Of a stretch of DNA of 64,000 bases, positions 30,750 to 42,119 are shown piece by piece. The notes under the pieces are model-generated. The model was given only the letters and a program-made list of their open reading frames with translations, was not told the origin of the DNA and made no database searches. The DNA comes from Nitrosopumilaceae archaeon. GTDB lineage: Archaea > Thermoproteota > Nitrososphaeria > Nitrososphaerales > Nitrosopumilaceae. Both the position numbers and the translations under genes were made by a program. How positions within the stretch are numbered: position 1 is the first letter of the stretch; each line of letters starts with the position of its first letter. Where the stretch lies: the NCBI GenBank assembly GCA_965214835.1, contig CBDCCK010000002.1, forward strand, positions 1,824,001 through 1,888,000, read 5' to 3'.

Positions 30750-31013
30750 AGAGATGATCCGAAATTAGAAACCGTACGAATTTTTCAAGTAATTTCACAG
30801 ATAATCTGCATCTTGTTGATATTTTGAGTTGTTTTATGCAAATTCGTTTACAAATAATCCAGTACTTCCCAAGTGTACTTTTACAGGCACGGCAATTACG
30901 TAATTTGCAGAAGACCTTATGCGTAAACAAAATTAGCGGCTATGTCGTGCCGGGTCTGCAGAAGCACACCTAGGAAGTACTGAATCAGAGTCTACTAATT
31001 TTGAATCAACTCT
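30750..31013. mobile_element. AGAGATGATCC MITE containing a nested 123-bp CAGTAC MITE (30860-30982)
   Basis: Outer TSD CTG; inner TIRs CAGTACTTCC / GGAAGTACTG with TSD AATC. Confidence 0.85.
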
Positions 31014-31336
31014 CTGGTGCGCCCTGCACTAGATGCGTGGCGACGGGAGTTGTTGCACGGCTAGGTGGTCTGGTTCAACTCCCTTGATCCCTGCACATGT
31101 TGATCGGATCAGGCGGTGGATCAAAGGGCAAAGACGCCAGGGGGTGCCGGGCGTGCCACCGTACTGCCGTGCCATGACCGGGGCTTCCATCCGGCGTGGC
31201 TTCCCTGATCACGGCAGGGCGCTGCACGGCAGTGCTTGAGCGCGTAAAAACAGCTAGTATTTCGTGCCTAAAATCAGGGTTGTGCAACAGACTACCGCTA
31301 CGCACGGCTTATTAACCAAACCGAGCAACCACCTCC

Positions 31337-32422
31337 ATGCGGCTGCTCTTTGTCACAACAGGCCCAGACTTTGCGCCGAGCTCGTACTCAAAATGGACGC
31401 ACCAGGACGCGCTCATAAAAAACCTAGAGAAACGCAACATTGAGTGCAAGAGGGTCGTACGCGAGGTGTATCTGGGAAACATCATCATGAGGCTTCCTGT
31501 ACTGAACACGCCAAAGAGAAGGCGCTTTGAACGCCTGCTCGACGAATTCAAACCCGACGCCGTAGTGCTGGACACTCCAAATGATCTGGGACCGGTTGCC
31601 GCCAGCAAAAAAATACCGGTGATGGTGTATTTCTGGGATATCTGGTTGCACCGAGAAATGGCAAGGCGGGACGGGATGGTTTATCACAGCATGCATCTTG
31701 CGGCACGGATTCGTATGATGAATCACTGCATGAAAAAGGCAGCAGTCATACTTGCAGAGACTGATTCCATAGCGAGCGCCATAAAAAGGCATTGTTCACA
31801 GAGCAGCGTGGTAGCATTCCCGTACTCGAGCATAGATACGGACTTTTGGAGAGATAGCGCATGCGGGAGCTCCGTGGTACTGAGGCACCCGTGCGTGGGC
31901 CTGCTACAGCATGCCGGCGAGTGGTCCAAGACAATGGAGATGCTCACCCTGCCAGAGGTCGTCAAGGCGCTCCCCCACGTGATGTTCTATTGGGCCGGCG
32001 ACGGGCGGTACCGCGACAGGATACTGGAGGTGATGGCCGGATACGACAACTTTGAGTGGCTGGGCCCGTTGGAAGATCCCGACAGGGTCAGGGAATACCT
32101 TGCCTCGATCGACATCTACGGCCTGGTCAGCGGCATTGACATGTCGCCGTACTCACTGAAACAGGCCATGTCCATGGAGCGGCCCGTCATTGCAACGGAC
32201 ACCGGCGGCGTCTCAGAGACGATGCAGGATGGAGTGACGGGGTTCCTGGTAGGACGGGGAGACCACAGGGGGTGGATAGAGAGGATCACGCTGCTGCTGG
32301 ACGACACAGAAAAGGCGCGTGATATGGGAAGGCTGGGACGAAGGTTCGTACGGGACAACTGGGACAACAGAGTGGCCACTGAGAGGTTCATCAACATAGC
32401 CAATGACGTCATGTCAAGATGA
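31337..32422 (+). CDS. GT4 family glycosyltransferase
   Basis: AMSMERPVIATDTGGVSE and DGVTGFLV motifs. Confidence 0.9.
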   Translation: MRLLFVTTGPDFAPSSYSKWTHQDALIKNLEKRNIECKRVVREVYLGNIIMRLPVLNTPKRRRFERLLDEFKPDAVVLDTPNDLGPVAASKKIPVMVYFWDIWLHREMARRDGMVYHSMHLAARIRMMNHCMKKAAVILAETDSIASAIKRHCSQSSVVAFPYSSIDTDFWRDSACGSSVVLRHPCVGLLQHAGEWSKTMEMLTLPEVVKALPHVMFYWAGDGRYRDRILEVMAGYDNFEWLGPLEDPDRVREYLASIDIYGLVSGIDMSPYSLKQAMSMERPVIATDTGGVSETMQDGVTGFLVGRGDHRGWIERITLLLDDTEKARDMGRLGRRFVRDNWDNRVATERFINIANDVMSR

Positions 32423-32429
32423 CCATACT

Positions 32430-32812
32430 TGACCTTATACGTAATCGACCGTAGTGCGTGCAGTTGAAAATGGAATATTTTTTTGGTGAAATAGGCACGA
32501 TGTGTCAAAATCGCATTCCATTTTTTTATGTATTGACTACGGATCGAAAAATTCCGACGGCGGGCCGGCCATACATGCAAGGCTGACGGCATCACATGAC
32601 ATGCATAAGGGCAGTAGTGCGCACATCAAAAAATGGATCATGATTTTGCCACATCGTGCCTGTTTTGACACAAAAGTGTTTGATTTTCAACTGTGCGCAC
32701 TAAGGTTTGATCAAATATCTTAGACGTTGTGAGGCGCCGTCATGCGCGTGCCGGCCCTTTGCAGAAGAGGTACCGGGGGCATCGCCGATAATTTCGTTTA
32801 CGCATAAGGTCT
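32430..32812. mobile_element. ~380-bp non-autonomous IS5-type element
   Basis: GACCTTATACGTAATCG...TTACGCATAAGGTC ends; internal segments recur near 9980, 34255 and 53600. Confidence 0.65.
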
Positions 32813-33027
32813 GTTGATATATGCGCGGACTGTTCTCAAGATCGCTGCACTGTTTGGACTTTTGTTTGTGCAGTGAAACCACGGGAACGCGCCGCAGTTG
32901 ATCCGTCTGCGTCTGCCAGTTTCACCAAGACGGTCTGGATTCCCTAGCTTTCTGCATGGCTGGGGTACTTTTTACTTATCTGGCGGCGGAAGAAAAGATA
33001 TTATGCCAAGATCTACCCTGAAACGTC

Positions 33028-34137
33028 ATGAGGGTGTGTATCTTTGGCTCCTACATCAGATCCACCAACGACATTCCGTCAGGAAGCACCGGCGATCTGA
33101 TAAAAGAGATCTGCAGGTCGCAGGGCTTTAAAACGGTAGAGTGCTATGAAGATTATCACTCCTTCGGCTCGGCCATAAAGGCATACATCCGGCTGTTTCT
33201 AAAGCACAGGAAGATCGATTATGATGTAATGATAATCCCGTTTAAGGGTGGGGCGCGCCCATTCATGATTCCCTTTGCCAGACTGATTTCCAAAGGACCA
33301 GTAGTATGTTTTTGTCCGTTGTCGATCTACGACACGCTGGTGAACGTCCGCAAAAAGATCCCCAAAAACTCGCTTAGAGCTAGGTTCGTCCACTTTGCGG
33401 AAAAGACCGCCTGCAGGTGGTCGGATCTTGTAATAACGGAAAGCACCTTTCAGATCGAGTGCCTTGTCAGGGAATACGGCCTGCCGAGGGAGAAGTTCCG
33501 TCGGCTCTGGCCTGCCGCATACGAGCCGCTCTTCAGACCCCTGCCGTTCAAGAAGCGGACGGACGAGTTCGTTGTGCTGTATTTCGGAGGGTTCATTCCC
33601 ACGTACGGCACCCGGGTCATAGCGGAGGCGGCCGACTGCCTGCGCGGCGAAAAGGGAATAACGTTCGTCTTCTGCGGCGGCGGCCAGGACGAATCCGAGG
33701 TAAGGCGGTACGCCGAGGATGCCGGCCTTTCCAACGTAAGATTCCTGGGAACGCTTCCTGCCCTGTCACTTGTACGGAAGATAAATGACAGCGACGTGTG
33801 TGTGGGGTTGTTTGGCACAAGTGACAAGTGCAAGGGATCCATGTCCAACAGGATCAACCAGATCCTAGCGTCGGCCAAACCACTGGTCACCATAAGCACG
33901 CCTACTACACGCGAGGCCGGCCTGGCCGACAGGGAGAACTGCATGCTGGTACAGTCCGACTCGCCCGGAGAGCTGGCCCAGTGCATCTTGCAGCTGCGGG
34001 ACGACTGCGACCTCCGGAGGCGCGTGGCCATGCAGGGGCGGCGGCACTACGCTGAAAGGCTGTCGATTGATCGGTCGGGCAGGCAGCTGGGCCGGTACAT
34101 AAGGGATGCATGCGGTAAGGAAGGACGTCCGGACTAA
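33028..34137 (+). CDS. GT4 family glycosyltransferase
   Basis: VLYFGGFIPTYG, NVRFLG and DVCVGLFG motifs. Confidence 0.88.
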   Translation: MRVCIFGSYIRSTNDIPSGSTGDLIKEICRSQGFKTVECYEDYHSFGSAIKAYIRLFLKHRKIDYDVMIIPFKGGARPFMIPFARLISKGPVVCFCPLSIYDTLVNVRKKIPKNSLRARFVHFAEKTACRWSDLVITESTFQIECLVREYGLPREKFRRLWPAAYEPLFRPLPFKKRTDEFVVLYFGGFIPTYGTRVIAEAADCLRGEKGITFVFCGGGQDESEVRRYAEDAGLSNVRFLGTLPALSLVRKINDSDVCVGLFGTSDKCKGSMSNRINQILASAKPLVTISTPTTREAGLADRENCMLVQSDSPGELAQCILQLRDDCDLRRRVAMQGRRHYAERLSIDRSGRQLGRYIRDACGKEGRPD

Positions 34138-34341
34138 ACGGTGATCCAAAATCAGAGACCGCGCAAATGTATGAGACGTTATTGTAATATATGAAAAGTC
34201 GGTCCGCTAGTCATCTGTAGTGCCAACATCAAAAAATGGAATATAATTTTGACATGTCATGCCTATTTCGCCAAAAAAATATTCGATTTTCAACTGCATG
34301 CACTGCTGTGGACTGCAGAGCCAAAAAAAAAACAGGCAGAC

Positions 34342-35324
34342 TCAGATCAGCTCCCGCATCAGGTTTACAAGCGACTCCGCGGCCCTGTCGTTTGTGAGGT
34401 TCTCCATGGTGTGCCTTTTGCCGCGAGACGCTATCTGCGCCCACCTAGGATTATCGGGATCTGCCAGGTATTCCTCGAACCTTTTTTTGTAGTTTTTAGA
34501 GTCGATAAACACTGCGCTCTCCCCGTCCCGGAATCCGAGGTACCCGCCGTGGCTTTCCTCTGAGAACTCCATGAACGTCAGGCATCCGGCAGCCGTGGAC
34601 TCGTAGTATTTGATGGTGGGAAAGTACCTCGTTGCGGTTATGGTTGCCCTGTACCCTGACAGGTGTGTTATAAAGTCCGGATGCCCGGCGTGCACGTACT
34701 GGATGGTGCCCGGCACGACCCCGGCATAGTCGACGTACGGCAGATCCCTGCATGTCCTCCTCAGCGTATAGGGGTTTTGGACAGGGTCGTTTGCGTTCCC
34801 CTTCCAGAGCGTCCCGGTGAGCAGAATGCGATCCCTTATCCGGTCTGCGAATGCGGGCAGGTATGGAAGGTCTGGCTCGACGCCATAGGTTATCATCCTG
34901 TACCCAAAGTCCCTTGGAAGGTACTTGTAAAAATAACTGGCAGGTATGAAGTTAAAGTAATAGTCCACCCGTATTTTTCATGGAACCCGATTAGATCAAA
35001 CGTTTTGATGTGGTGTGGGTCGTGCGTGTGGGCAATTACCGGGATGCCAAGATTCCGGGCGCCGTTTAGCTGCGGCGTGCTGATCTCGCTGTTCGTACAC
35101 AGTATGACGTCGTACTTTCCCCTGATCTTTGCCGTATCAAACACATGCTCTGCGGGAAAATAGCTCATCTGAAGGTCCCTGTTTCTCCGCAGCGCCTCAA
35201 AGAAGAAATAGTACCTGTTGTTGATGGAGTTGCTTTTGCTATAGTACCTCCACGACGGCTTGTAGATAAAGGCCACCCTGATCTGGTTTTCTTGCTTCAT
35301 ACGGAAACCAGTTCCGCGCCTCAT
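34342..35324 (-). pseudogene. Glycosyltransferase family 1/CgeB-like gene split by a 1-nt indel near 34968
   Basis: KYYESTAAGCLTF, LGFRDGESAVFID and IASRGKRH; the two ORFs join at a G-run (possible assembly error). Confidence 0.75.
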
Positions 35325-35346
35325 TAGTATCCTTCTGCATCCTCAG

Positions 35347-35480
35347 AGAGGTGATCCGAAATTAGACCGTACGGATTTTCTAGGCGGTTTTGCAGATAGT
35401 TTTGTTCTGCTGGCAGTGTCTTGAGATGTCTTGTGCAATCATCGACAAACAATCCGAACTGCTGATTTCAAATCATCTCT
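35347..35480. mobile_element. AGAGATGATCC-family MITE
   Basis: AGAGGTGATCCGAAATTA...TGATTTCAAATCATCTCT. Confidence 0.78.
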
Positions 35481-36013
35481 CATAGCCTGAGATGTTCTCC
35501 TCAAAGCCCTGTGGCTGGCAGATCTCCTTTATCACCTCTCTGTGCTGCCCGACGGAGTGCCGTTAATCGTTCTGGCATAGGAGCCAAGGGGACACACCCT
35601 CATTACGTTCAGAGCGGATCTTGGGATGGTATCTTTTCTACGACCCGTGAAAACATAGTCAATTCATAAAAAACGAACAATTTTGACAGCTGCTTTTGAT
35701 CCAAACATTAAGATCATGCAAACCATCGCACACGCATGGGAAAACAGACAGAATTCGTGGCGTCAAGGGACAAATTCGTGGCAAGCAAAGCACTCACGCC
35801 TTTGCAGTACAACTTCAGGTCCTTTTTATACTGACGGTCAAACATTTTTGGGTAGCATCTTATGATCAGATGCCCCTGCGAACATGGCTGAACATCAGAC
35901 ATTTGTGATCAGACATTGCAGGTTTGGAATTTACGGGAGCGACATAATATCGGCATCTTGGTCAAAGAATTTCGATGGAAATCTTTTTTGATCTTGCCTG
36001 TTTGATGTAACAC

Positions 36014-37724
36014 ATGGACTCCAAATCTACGCCTGCACACCATATGGATCCTGCAAAGGCACTTGTCATGATCAAGGAGCGGGATGAGAAGATCTCCGAG
36101 CTGGAAAAAGAACTCTCTATTGTCAAGAAGGAGAATGCTGATGTCAAGAAGGAGAACTCCGAGCTCCGGGCAAAGCTTGCCCTGTATGAGAGTCCCAACA
36201 TGCCCACGTCCACGCCGTCATTATATAGTGACGATTAAAAGTTCTTGAGCACATACGGGTGTGAATTACGCAGGAAGACGCCTTTTGATGATCAAAGACT
36301 TTCAATCGTCACCATACAATAAGGCCAGAAGAAAGTTCAGGGAGAAAAGGGGCGAGGATCCCGGCGGCAGTCCCGGCGATGCGGCCAGGGGCAAGAAACG
36401 CGGCCCTCCGTGCGGACACCATGGCATATCGCACGGCAACCGGCCATCCATGACATTAAGGTACGATCTTGATTTCAAAATATGCCCAAAGTGCAACGTC
36501 CAGTTACGGATGCTCAAGCCGATCCACAAGCTTGTCAACGACCTGGATGACTCCATGCGCATGCTCACTGCCAATGCCATCATCCAAAACGCGGTGTGTC
36601 CACAGTGCAATACCGTGTATGTAGCGGCCACCCCGTTTCTAAGCGGCACGTCACTTGGGCCCGTCTCACTCTCTCTAATCATGATGTTCTTTGAGAAGGG
36701 AAACACCGACGAGGACATTGCAGAATACTTTCAGTGTATGTTTGGATTCAAGATGGCCCCAAACACGGTGACTGCCGCCCGGCACGCAGTGGCAGAGGCA
36801 CTCCGGCAAAACATGATACAACGCATACAGTCATTCATTGCGAGTCGGCCGTGGATACAGATGGACGAGACCGGCTTTAAGCGCGGCGATGGACATACGG
36901 GATACGTCTGGGTGCTCAACTGTGCGGGGGCGTGCTTTGTGGTCTTTGCAGATTCCCGATCCTCTGAGGTCCTGCGCACGTACTTTGGATGGCTGGATCC
37001 TAGGATTCCCATAGTCGTAGACGGGCTGGCCCAGTACAAGCTGTTCTTTGTGATAATCCAGAGGTGTTGGAGGCACCTTCTGGCGTATGCAGAAAAGCTT
37101 GCAGTAAAGACGCCCGAAGGCGATGACGAGAAAAGGTACGACTTGCTGCTTGAATTTTACAGGAAGATAAATGAAATCAAGACGCTTGCGCCGCTTACAT
37201 ACATGGAGCTTTCCAGGGAGGCATACAAAATAATCATTACATATGAGGACGATCACGTGCGCACACACCTGCTAAACGCCATATCTGACATGTTTACGTG
37301 TCTAGCGCATCCGGGAATGCCGCCGCACAACAACGATACGGAGCGGTGCATACGCGACGGGATCATACCCCAGCGCAATGCGCGCCACAAGATCGTAACT
37401 GACGGTGGAAGAAAGACGGCTTCTGCACTGCTGACGTTCTCGATGACATGTCGCAAGCAAAACATACATCCTGCCGGTGGACTCTTGGAATACCTGCGGA
37501 ATCCTGACTGGGATGTCTTTGCAGAAGCAGGCGATAATAATGATGATATGCGCCTGTCCTCGTTTGTCAATACGGACGGTACAAGATACAGCGTCTTTGA
37601 GTGTCCCGGGCCGCCGCCGGCGTGGCGGCCTGTCGCCGATGATGACGCAGGCAGCAGAGGAGGAGCGGTACGCCGGGACCGGACGGCCGTCGTATCAGCA
37701 GCAGCAGCTCCTATAACAACATGA
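36014..37724 (+). pseudogene. IS66 transposase interrupted by a MITE
   Basis: MDETG, QRCWRH and PHNNDTERCIR motifs; collinear with 54038-55618. Confidence 0.88.
36226..36314. mobile_element. 89-bp IS630-derived MITE
   Basis: Ends TAGTGACGATT as in the IS630 at 24504; TA TSD; copy at 57643-57731. Confidence 0.85.
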
Positions 37725-37924
37725 TCCGTCTGGCGCCTACGGGACGGCGTAACCCGTAGCTTCATATCCGAAGATCTGACCGTGTAGGCAAGTCTGCCAA
37801 TTGACAACGCCTTGCAAGTGTAACAATTTCTGACTGCATGGCAAGTGCCGTATGCCAATCTGTTGTATGCACGGCGTCAGTCAGTCTTGCATGTACAAAG
37901 GATGTGTCAGTAACAGTGTATCTA

Positions 37925-39018
37925 TACTGATGGTCATTGAAAATTTCGCCTGATCACACATCTTGTAAAGGTTTATAGCTCCCCACCATGTCACTCCCGG
38001 CATGAACAAGACGAAAACCCTCACGGATGCCATGCGTGTCGAAAAGGATCTCAAGATTCACACCAGAATCCTGGCGGTGCGCTCCGTGCTGCTTGGCAAC
38101 ACCACCGCACAGACCGCAGAGATTGCCAACGTGACACAGCGTACAGTACAGATGTGGGTTGAAAGGTTCGAGCTTGACGGCATTGACGGCCTCCGTGACT
38201 CCCCTGACAGGGGCAAAAAGCCAAAGGTTCCGGTCGGCAGGATAAAAAAGATCGCCACGAGGCTGCGCAGGATGGAAAAGCTCACCCCGAAGAAGCTGTG
38301 CAACTGGGTACGCCACAGGCTGCATGTCACATACAGCGTGGGAAGCATCAGGAGGATCCTGCGCGCGATGGGGTTTTCGCTAAAGACATCAACTACCAAG
38401 CTGGCAGATGCTGCCGACGCAAAAGCTGTAAGACGGTGGCAAAGAGAGGCAAAAACTGCGATAAAGCTTGCAAAAAGGCGCGGATTTAGGATAACCGTAC
38501 AGGACGAATCGATATTCGTCAGTACGGGAAGGGACGGCAAAAAGTTCTGGTCGCCCGTGGGGGACAGGATCGAGGTGGAACGATCCGGCAGAAGGGAGCG
38601 CGTCGTGGTATACGGGACGATTGCAGACGACGGAACCAGGCTGATGCGCACGTACGACAGGTTCAACAGCGCAAACTTTGTGCATTATCTTAAACAGGCG
38701 CACAAAAAGTGGGGAAAGGTCCTGATGGTGATGGACAACGCAGCACAGCACAAGACCAAAAAGGTCCGCAGATACCTAAAGAAAAATCCCGACGTTGTCT
38801 TGCTGTACCTGCCGGTAGCTAGGCCGGAGCTGAGCGCCATAGAGGCAGTCTGGAAGGATGCCAAGTACAGGCTGGTCACGTCTGCCTTTTACGACACGGT
38901 GGATCACCTCAAAAAGGCCGTCTCGGAATACTTTAGGACGTGTTCCATCAGGGTTGACATCTACAAGTATCTTGAGCGCAGCTTGTAAGGGAGGCGAAAT
39001 TTTCAATGGTCATCAGTA
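37925..39018 (+). mobile_element. IS630-family element, intact
   Basis: Long TIRs TACTGATGGTCATTGAAAATTTCGCCT; TA TSD. Confidence 0.93.
38002..38988 (+). CDS. IS630 transposase
   Basis: HTHs; QDES, MDNAAQH and RPELSAIE motifs. Confidence 0.93.
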   Translation: MNKTKTLTDAMRVEKDLKIHTRILAVRSVLLGNTTAQTAEIANVTQRTVQMWVERFELDGIDGLRDSPDRGKKPKVPVGRIKKIATRLRRMEKLTPKKLCNWVRHRLHVTYSVGSIRRILRAMGFSLKTSTTKLADAADAKAVRRWQREAKTAIKLAKRRGFRITVQDESIFVSTGRDGKKFWSPVGDRIEVERSGRRERVVVYGTIADDGTRLMRTYDRFNSANFVHYLKQAHKKWGKVLMVMDNAAQHKTKKVRRYLKKNPDVVLLYLPVARPELSAIEAVWKDAKYRLVTSAFYDTVDHLKKAVSEYFRTCSIRVDIYKYLERSL

Positions 39019-39206
39019 TAGTCTGTCACAACAAATGATGCGAAATGATCAAAAAGTTCTTGGAAAAAAGTTGGCTTGTCAGTATAAAAAGAACCTGATG
39101 TTGTACACTGCCGTGAGTCGGTTACTTTTGGGAAGACTGAGGATACGGATAAGATTTCATATAGCGTCTACTGACTGTTGAAACCGGATATGCCAATTTA
39201 GGCAGA

Positions 39207-39695
39207 TCATGTACCTTGCTGTGGTTTATTGTCTTTTATTGATATGGCCAGACCGTTTGGAACACTATAGAACGGACTACCGTTTTGATCATAGGCATTA
39301 TCAAATCTAATTATTTCATCGATGGTTAGTTTAACTTTTACTTCTTGCCCTGTTCGTAAAATTCTATAGATGTTCCAAGGTTCGTGATTCTTATCTATGT
39401 GTACCTTGTATTTATTGTGAGATTTTTGTTTTTCTACATCATTAAGTAATTCTAGGCTAGGGGTTCCTCGTAAATGAGGTGGAGCATAAACAGACCATTT
39501 CGGCGAAGTTATGTCAAAACTCACTTTTTTAGGATTGTTAGGATCTCGCATTATTTTTGCCAGAAAAATTCTACCTTTGACTCGCACACCATCATCTAGA
39601 TCATACTCATTCCAGTCCTCCTCTTCAACTTTGAACTCCATTTCTTCATAATCACTTGGCAATGGGGAAGAGTTGTCAGGATTAGATTGCGACAT
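39207..39695 (-). CDS. Hypothetical protein with internally duplicated E.WN.Y domain
   Basis: EEDWNEYDLDDG..VK and HEPWNIY....G..VKVK; D.NG.P.Y; AT-rich. Confidence 0.8.
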   Translation of the reverse strand: MSQSNPDNSSPLPSDYEEMEFKVEEEDWNEYDLDDGVRVKGRIFLAKIMRDPNNPKKVSFDITSPKWSVYAPPHLRGTPSLELLNDVEKQKSHNKYKVHIDKNHEPWNIYRILRTGQEVKVKLTIDEIIRFDNAYDQNGSPFYSVPNGLAISIKDNKPQQGT

Positions 39696-39705
39696 TAAAA
39701 ATAAC

Positions 39706-39906
39706 CTAAGTAGTATTAATCGAGTTTAGCATTAAAATGTTTCCGTTGCTTGTAGATGCAGATGTATCTGATTCTGTAACTATCGATACTGTTGAGGATT
39801 CTATTTGCGTAGTTTCTTCAGAAGTTTGTTTTTGAGTTTTGTCTATTATGTGCGTTTTTACATCATACGTCTGATCATTTGATCTACTTACGCTAATTTT
39901 TTGCAT
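39706..39906 (-). CDS. Small Ser/Thr-rich hypothetical protein
   Basis: 66 aa, 10 bp upstream of 39695, same strand. Confidence 0.5.
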   Translation of the reverse strand: MQKISVSRSNDQTYDVKTHIIDKTQKQTSEETTQIESSTVSIVTESDTSASTSNGNILMLNSINTT

Positions 39907-39951
39907 GTATAATGTACATGAAAATTTAATTAAAAACCTATCGGTCTATCC

Positions 39952-41034
39952 GGGGTTGTCCAATTTTTTTCCGCAGGCTGCCAATTTGCCCCCGATGTAG
40001 GCAGTCTCAGACGGCAATATAGAGCACTTGGCGGCCCCGGACAGCCAGAACGGCGCATACAGCAACGCAAATATCCATGCAGGCCATACCTTACGGTAGT
40101 GTTGCGGTCCAACAGTACGGATTCTGATAAAAATTATACCGTAAGGTTGTAGCACAACACGCGAGCGAACAGCTCTACAGTGATGGTTCCGTCCAGCTTT
40201 GCACGCAGGACGGATCCAGCCCTTTCCTTCATTACCGAGAACAGGGACTCTGCCTGACTCCTCTTGTGATAGGCCTGCCAGAACTCGTCTGGCCTGTCAC
40301 GCAGCCACCGCAGCATCTTGGCCCGGGCGCTGAACCCGCGTGGCTTCTCATGCCCCTTTGCCGGCTTTATGACAGGTCCGCGGCCGCTCTTTGCAATCAA
40401 CTCGCAGTTTTTGTACGAGTCGTATGCCGAATCCAGCGCCACGATTCCGTATCCGCCCTTTGGGATGCGGCTCATCATGCGGGCAAACTCCGGCGAGTCC
40501 CCCGACGTGCCCGGCGTGGCCTCAAATGACAGTATCTTGCCCCCGATTGCAGCAATTGCGTGCAGTTTTGCAAAGTCGTGTCCGGTCACCTCCCCATGTT
40601 TTGCGTGGCTCCAGCTCTTGTACTTGCGGAGGCCGAATCCCGTCGAGTCGCCGTGCAGGTCCGCTATGCGCTCGCCTTCGGACATGGCCAGTACGACCTC
40701 GTCCATAAAGTCCTTGCCCATTCTCCAGAGCATGGTCATCCTGTTGTGCAGCGTCGACTTGGAGAGCGTACGACTCAGGCCGCATCTCCTGAGATCGTCC
40801 GGGTTTGACTCCAGGTGCGTGACCATCCTCCTGTAGGACAAGCGATTCTCGATTCTGAGGATCGCAATGCGTATGGCAGACCACGCAAGGCCGGCATCGA
40901 TTCCCGTTTCGGCGGCCATCTTCTTGGCCACCCTGCGTACGATCTTTCCCAGGTTCCTCCTTGTCCTCTTCTTGCGGGAGCTCTCCTGCCTGCGCTTTTG
41001 CTCGTAAAGGCGGTTATAGTCCGTGTCCTTCCTG
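39952..41034 (-). mobile_element. IS5-family (ISH1-like) element, 5' end removed by the adjacent IS5
   Basis: End GGGGTTGTCC; DSTG, KLH, LDSAYDS and YHKRSQAES motifs in ORF 40134-41042. Confidence 0.85.
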
Positions 41035-42119
41035 AGAAGCAATCCGTAATTAAATTACGAGTGGCAGGTTGCAGTTGTTTTCTGCCGTGTTTTTCAGGCC
41101 ACAGCGGCTATCCGTTCCAGTATCCTCAGGTTGACCAGCCCGCACACGATACTGTTGGCCAGATCGTACTTTCTGAGCCTGTTTCTGTACTTGTAGCTCA
41201 TTATCTTGAATGTCTTGACCCTGCGTATGCCATTCTCCACGTACACCCGTATCTTTGAGTGTGTTCTGTTGTACTCTTTTTCATCGTCGGTCAGCTTGCC
41301 GCCAGGACTCTTCTTGATTGGAAGTATAACCTTCGTCCCTGCATCGATGTGCTGCGCACCCTGGTATCCGCGATCCATATAGTGCCGCAGCTCCTCGCCG
41401 TCCTCCTCACCGCTCCAGAACGTGGGATGCTTCATCTGGTATATCTTGACGTCGTTTACGCGCCCCGGCGAGTGCGGGGTCTTGTGCACTATGGCACCGT
41501 GTATGTTGACCGTATACTGGACCTTGGCCGTGTGCGTGCCTGCCTTGCCCGAATAGTGCGACTTTTCCATGTCCTTTCTCTTGGGCCTGTTTGTGGGCTG
41601 CTCGGAGGCGTCAGTCAGGCACACCATCCCCGGGAAGATCTCGGCCAGCTCCTCGACTGAGGAGATCCTCTTGGAGTCCTTGTAAATCTTCTCGGGGATC
41701 GGCAGGCATTGTTTTAGCAGGGGCTCAGTCAGGCTTATGGAGCGCGAGACCGACGCCTGTCCTATACCGAACATGGCGCCAGCCACGTCCTGGGAGACGT
41801 ACGTCCTGTAGTAGAACAAGACCAGCAGTACGCGGTTCCTCAGATCCAGGGCAAAGGGCCTGCCTGCGCCTATATCCCGCACACGGTCGGGCCTTGAGAG
41901 CCTCTTCTTCTCGGTATCTGGAAATTTCTTTTGCACCTCGGTACACAGCTGGTCAAACTCTGCCTCGGTCATTCCTGCAAACATCCGGAACGTCCGTGGG
42001 TTTTTTGTCAGTCTATCGATCAAACACATGATTTGTACATGGTTTTACAGGTATTTTGATCCGTCAGGCATAGATTAGTGCCCAAGTGGGTCAAAATCTG
42101 CTAATTAAGAATCGCTTCT
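41035..42119 (-). mobile_element. IS5-family element (transposase 41094-42029)
   Basis: Near-identical to 6132-7216; flanks do not match as a TSD. Confidence 0.92.

Larger units (their letters stand above)
35807..39106 (+). mobile_element. IS66-family element (GTACAAC ends) carrying a nested MITE and an IS630
   Basis: TIRs GTACAACTTCAGGT / ACCTGATGTTGTAC; paralog at 53775-55825. Confidence 0.85.

Noticed and set aside
34893-34970. Programmed frameshift or phase variation in split genes (GT near 34968, ParB near 9150, IS110 near 12524)
   Set aside because: Single-base indels in short homopolymers are equally explained by long-read error or decay.
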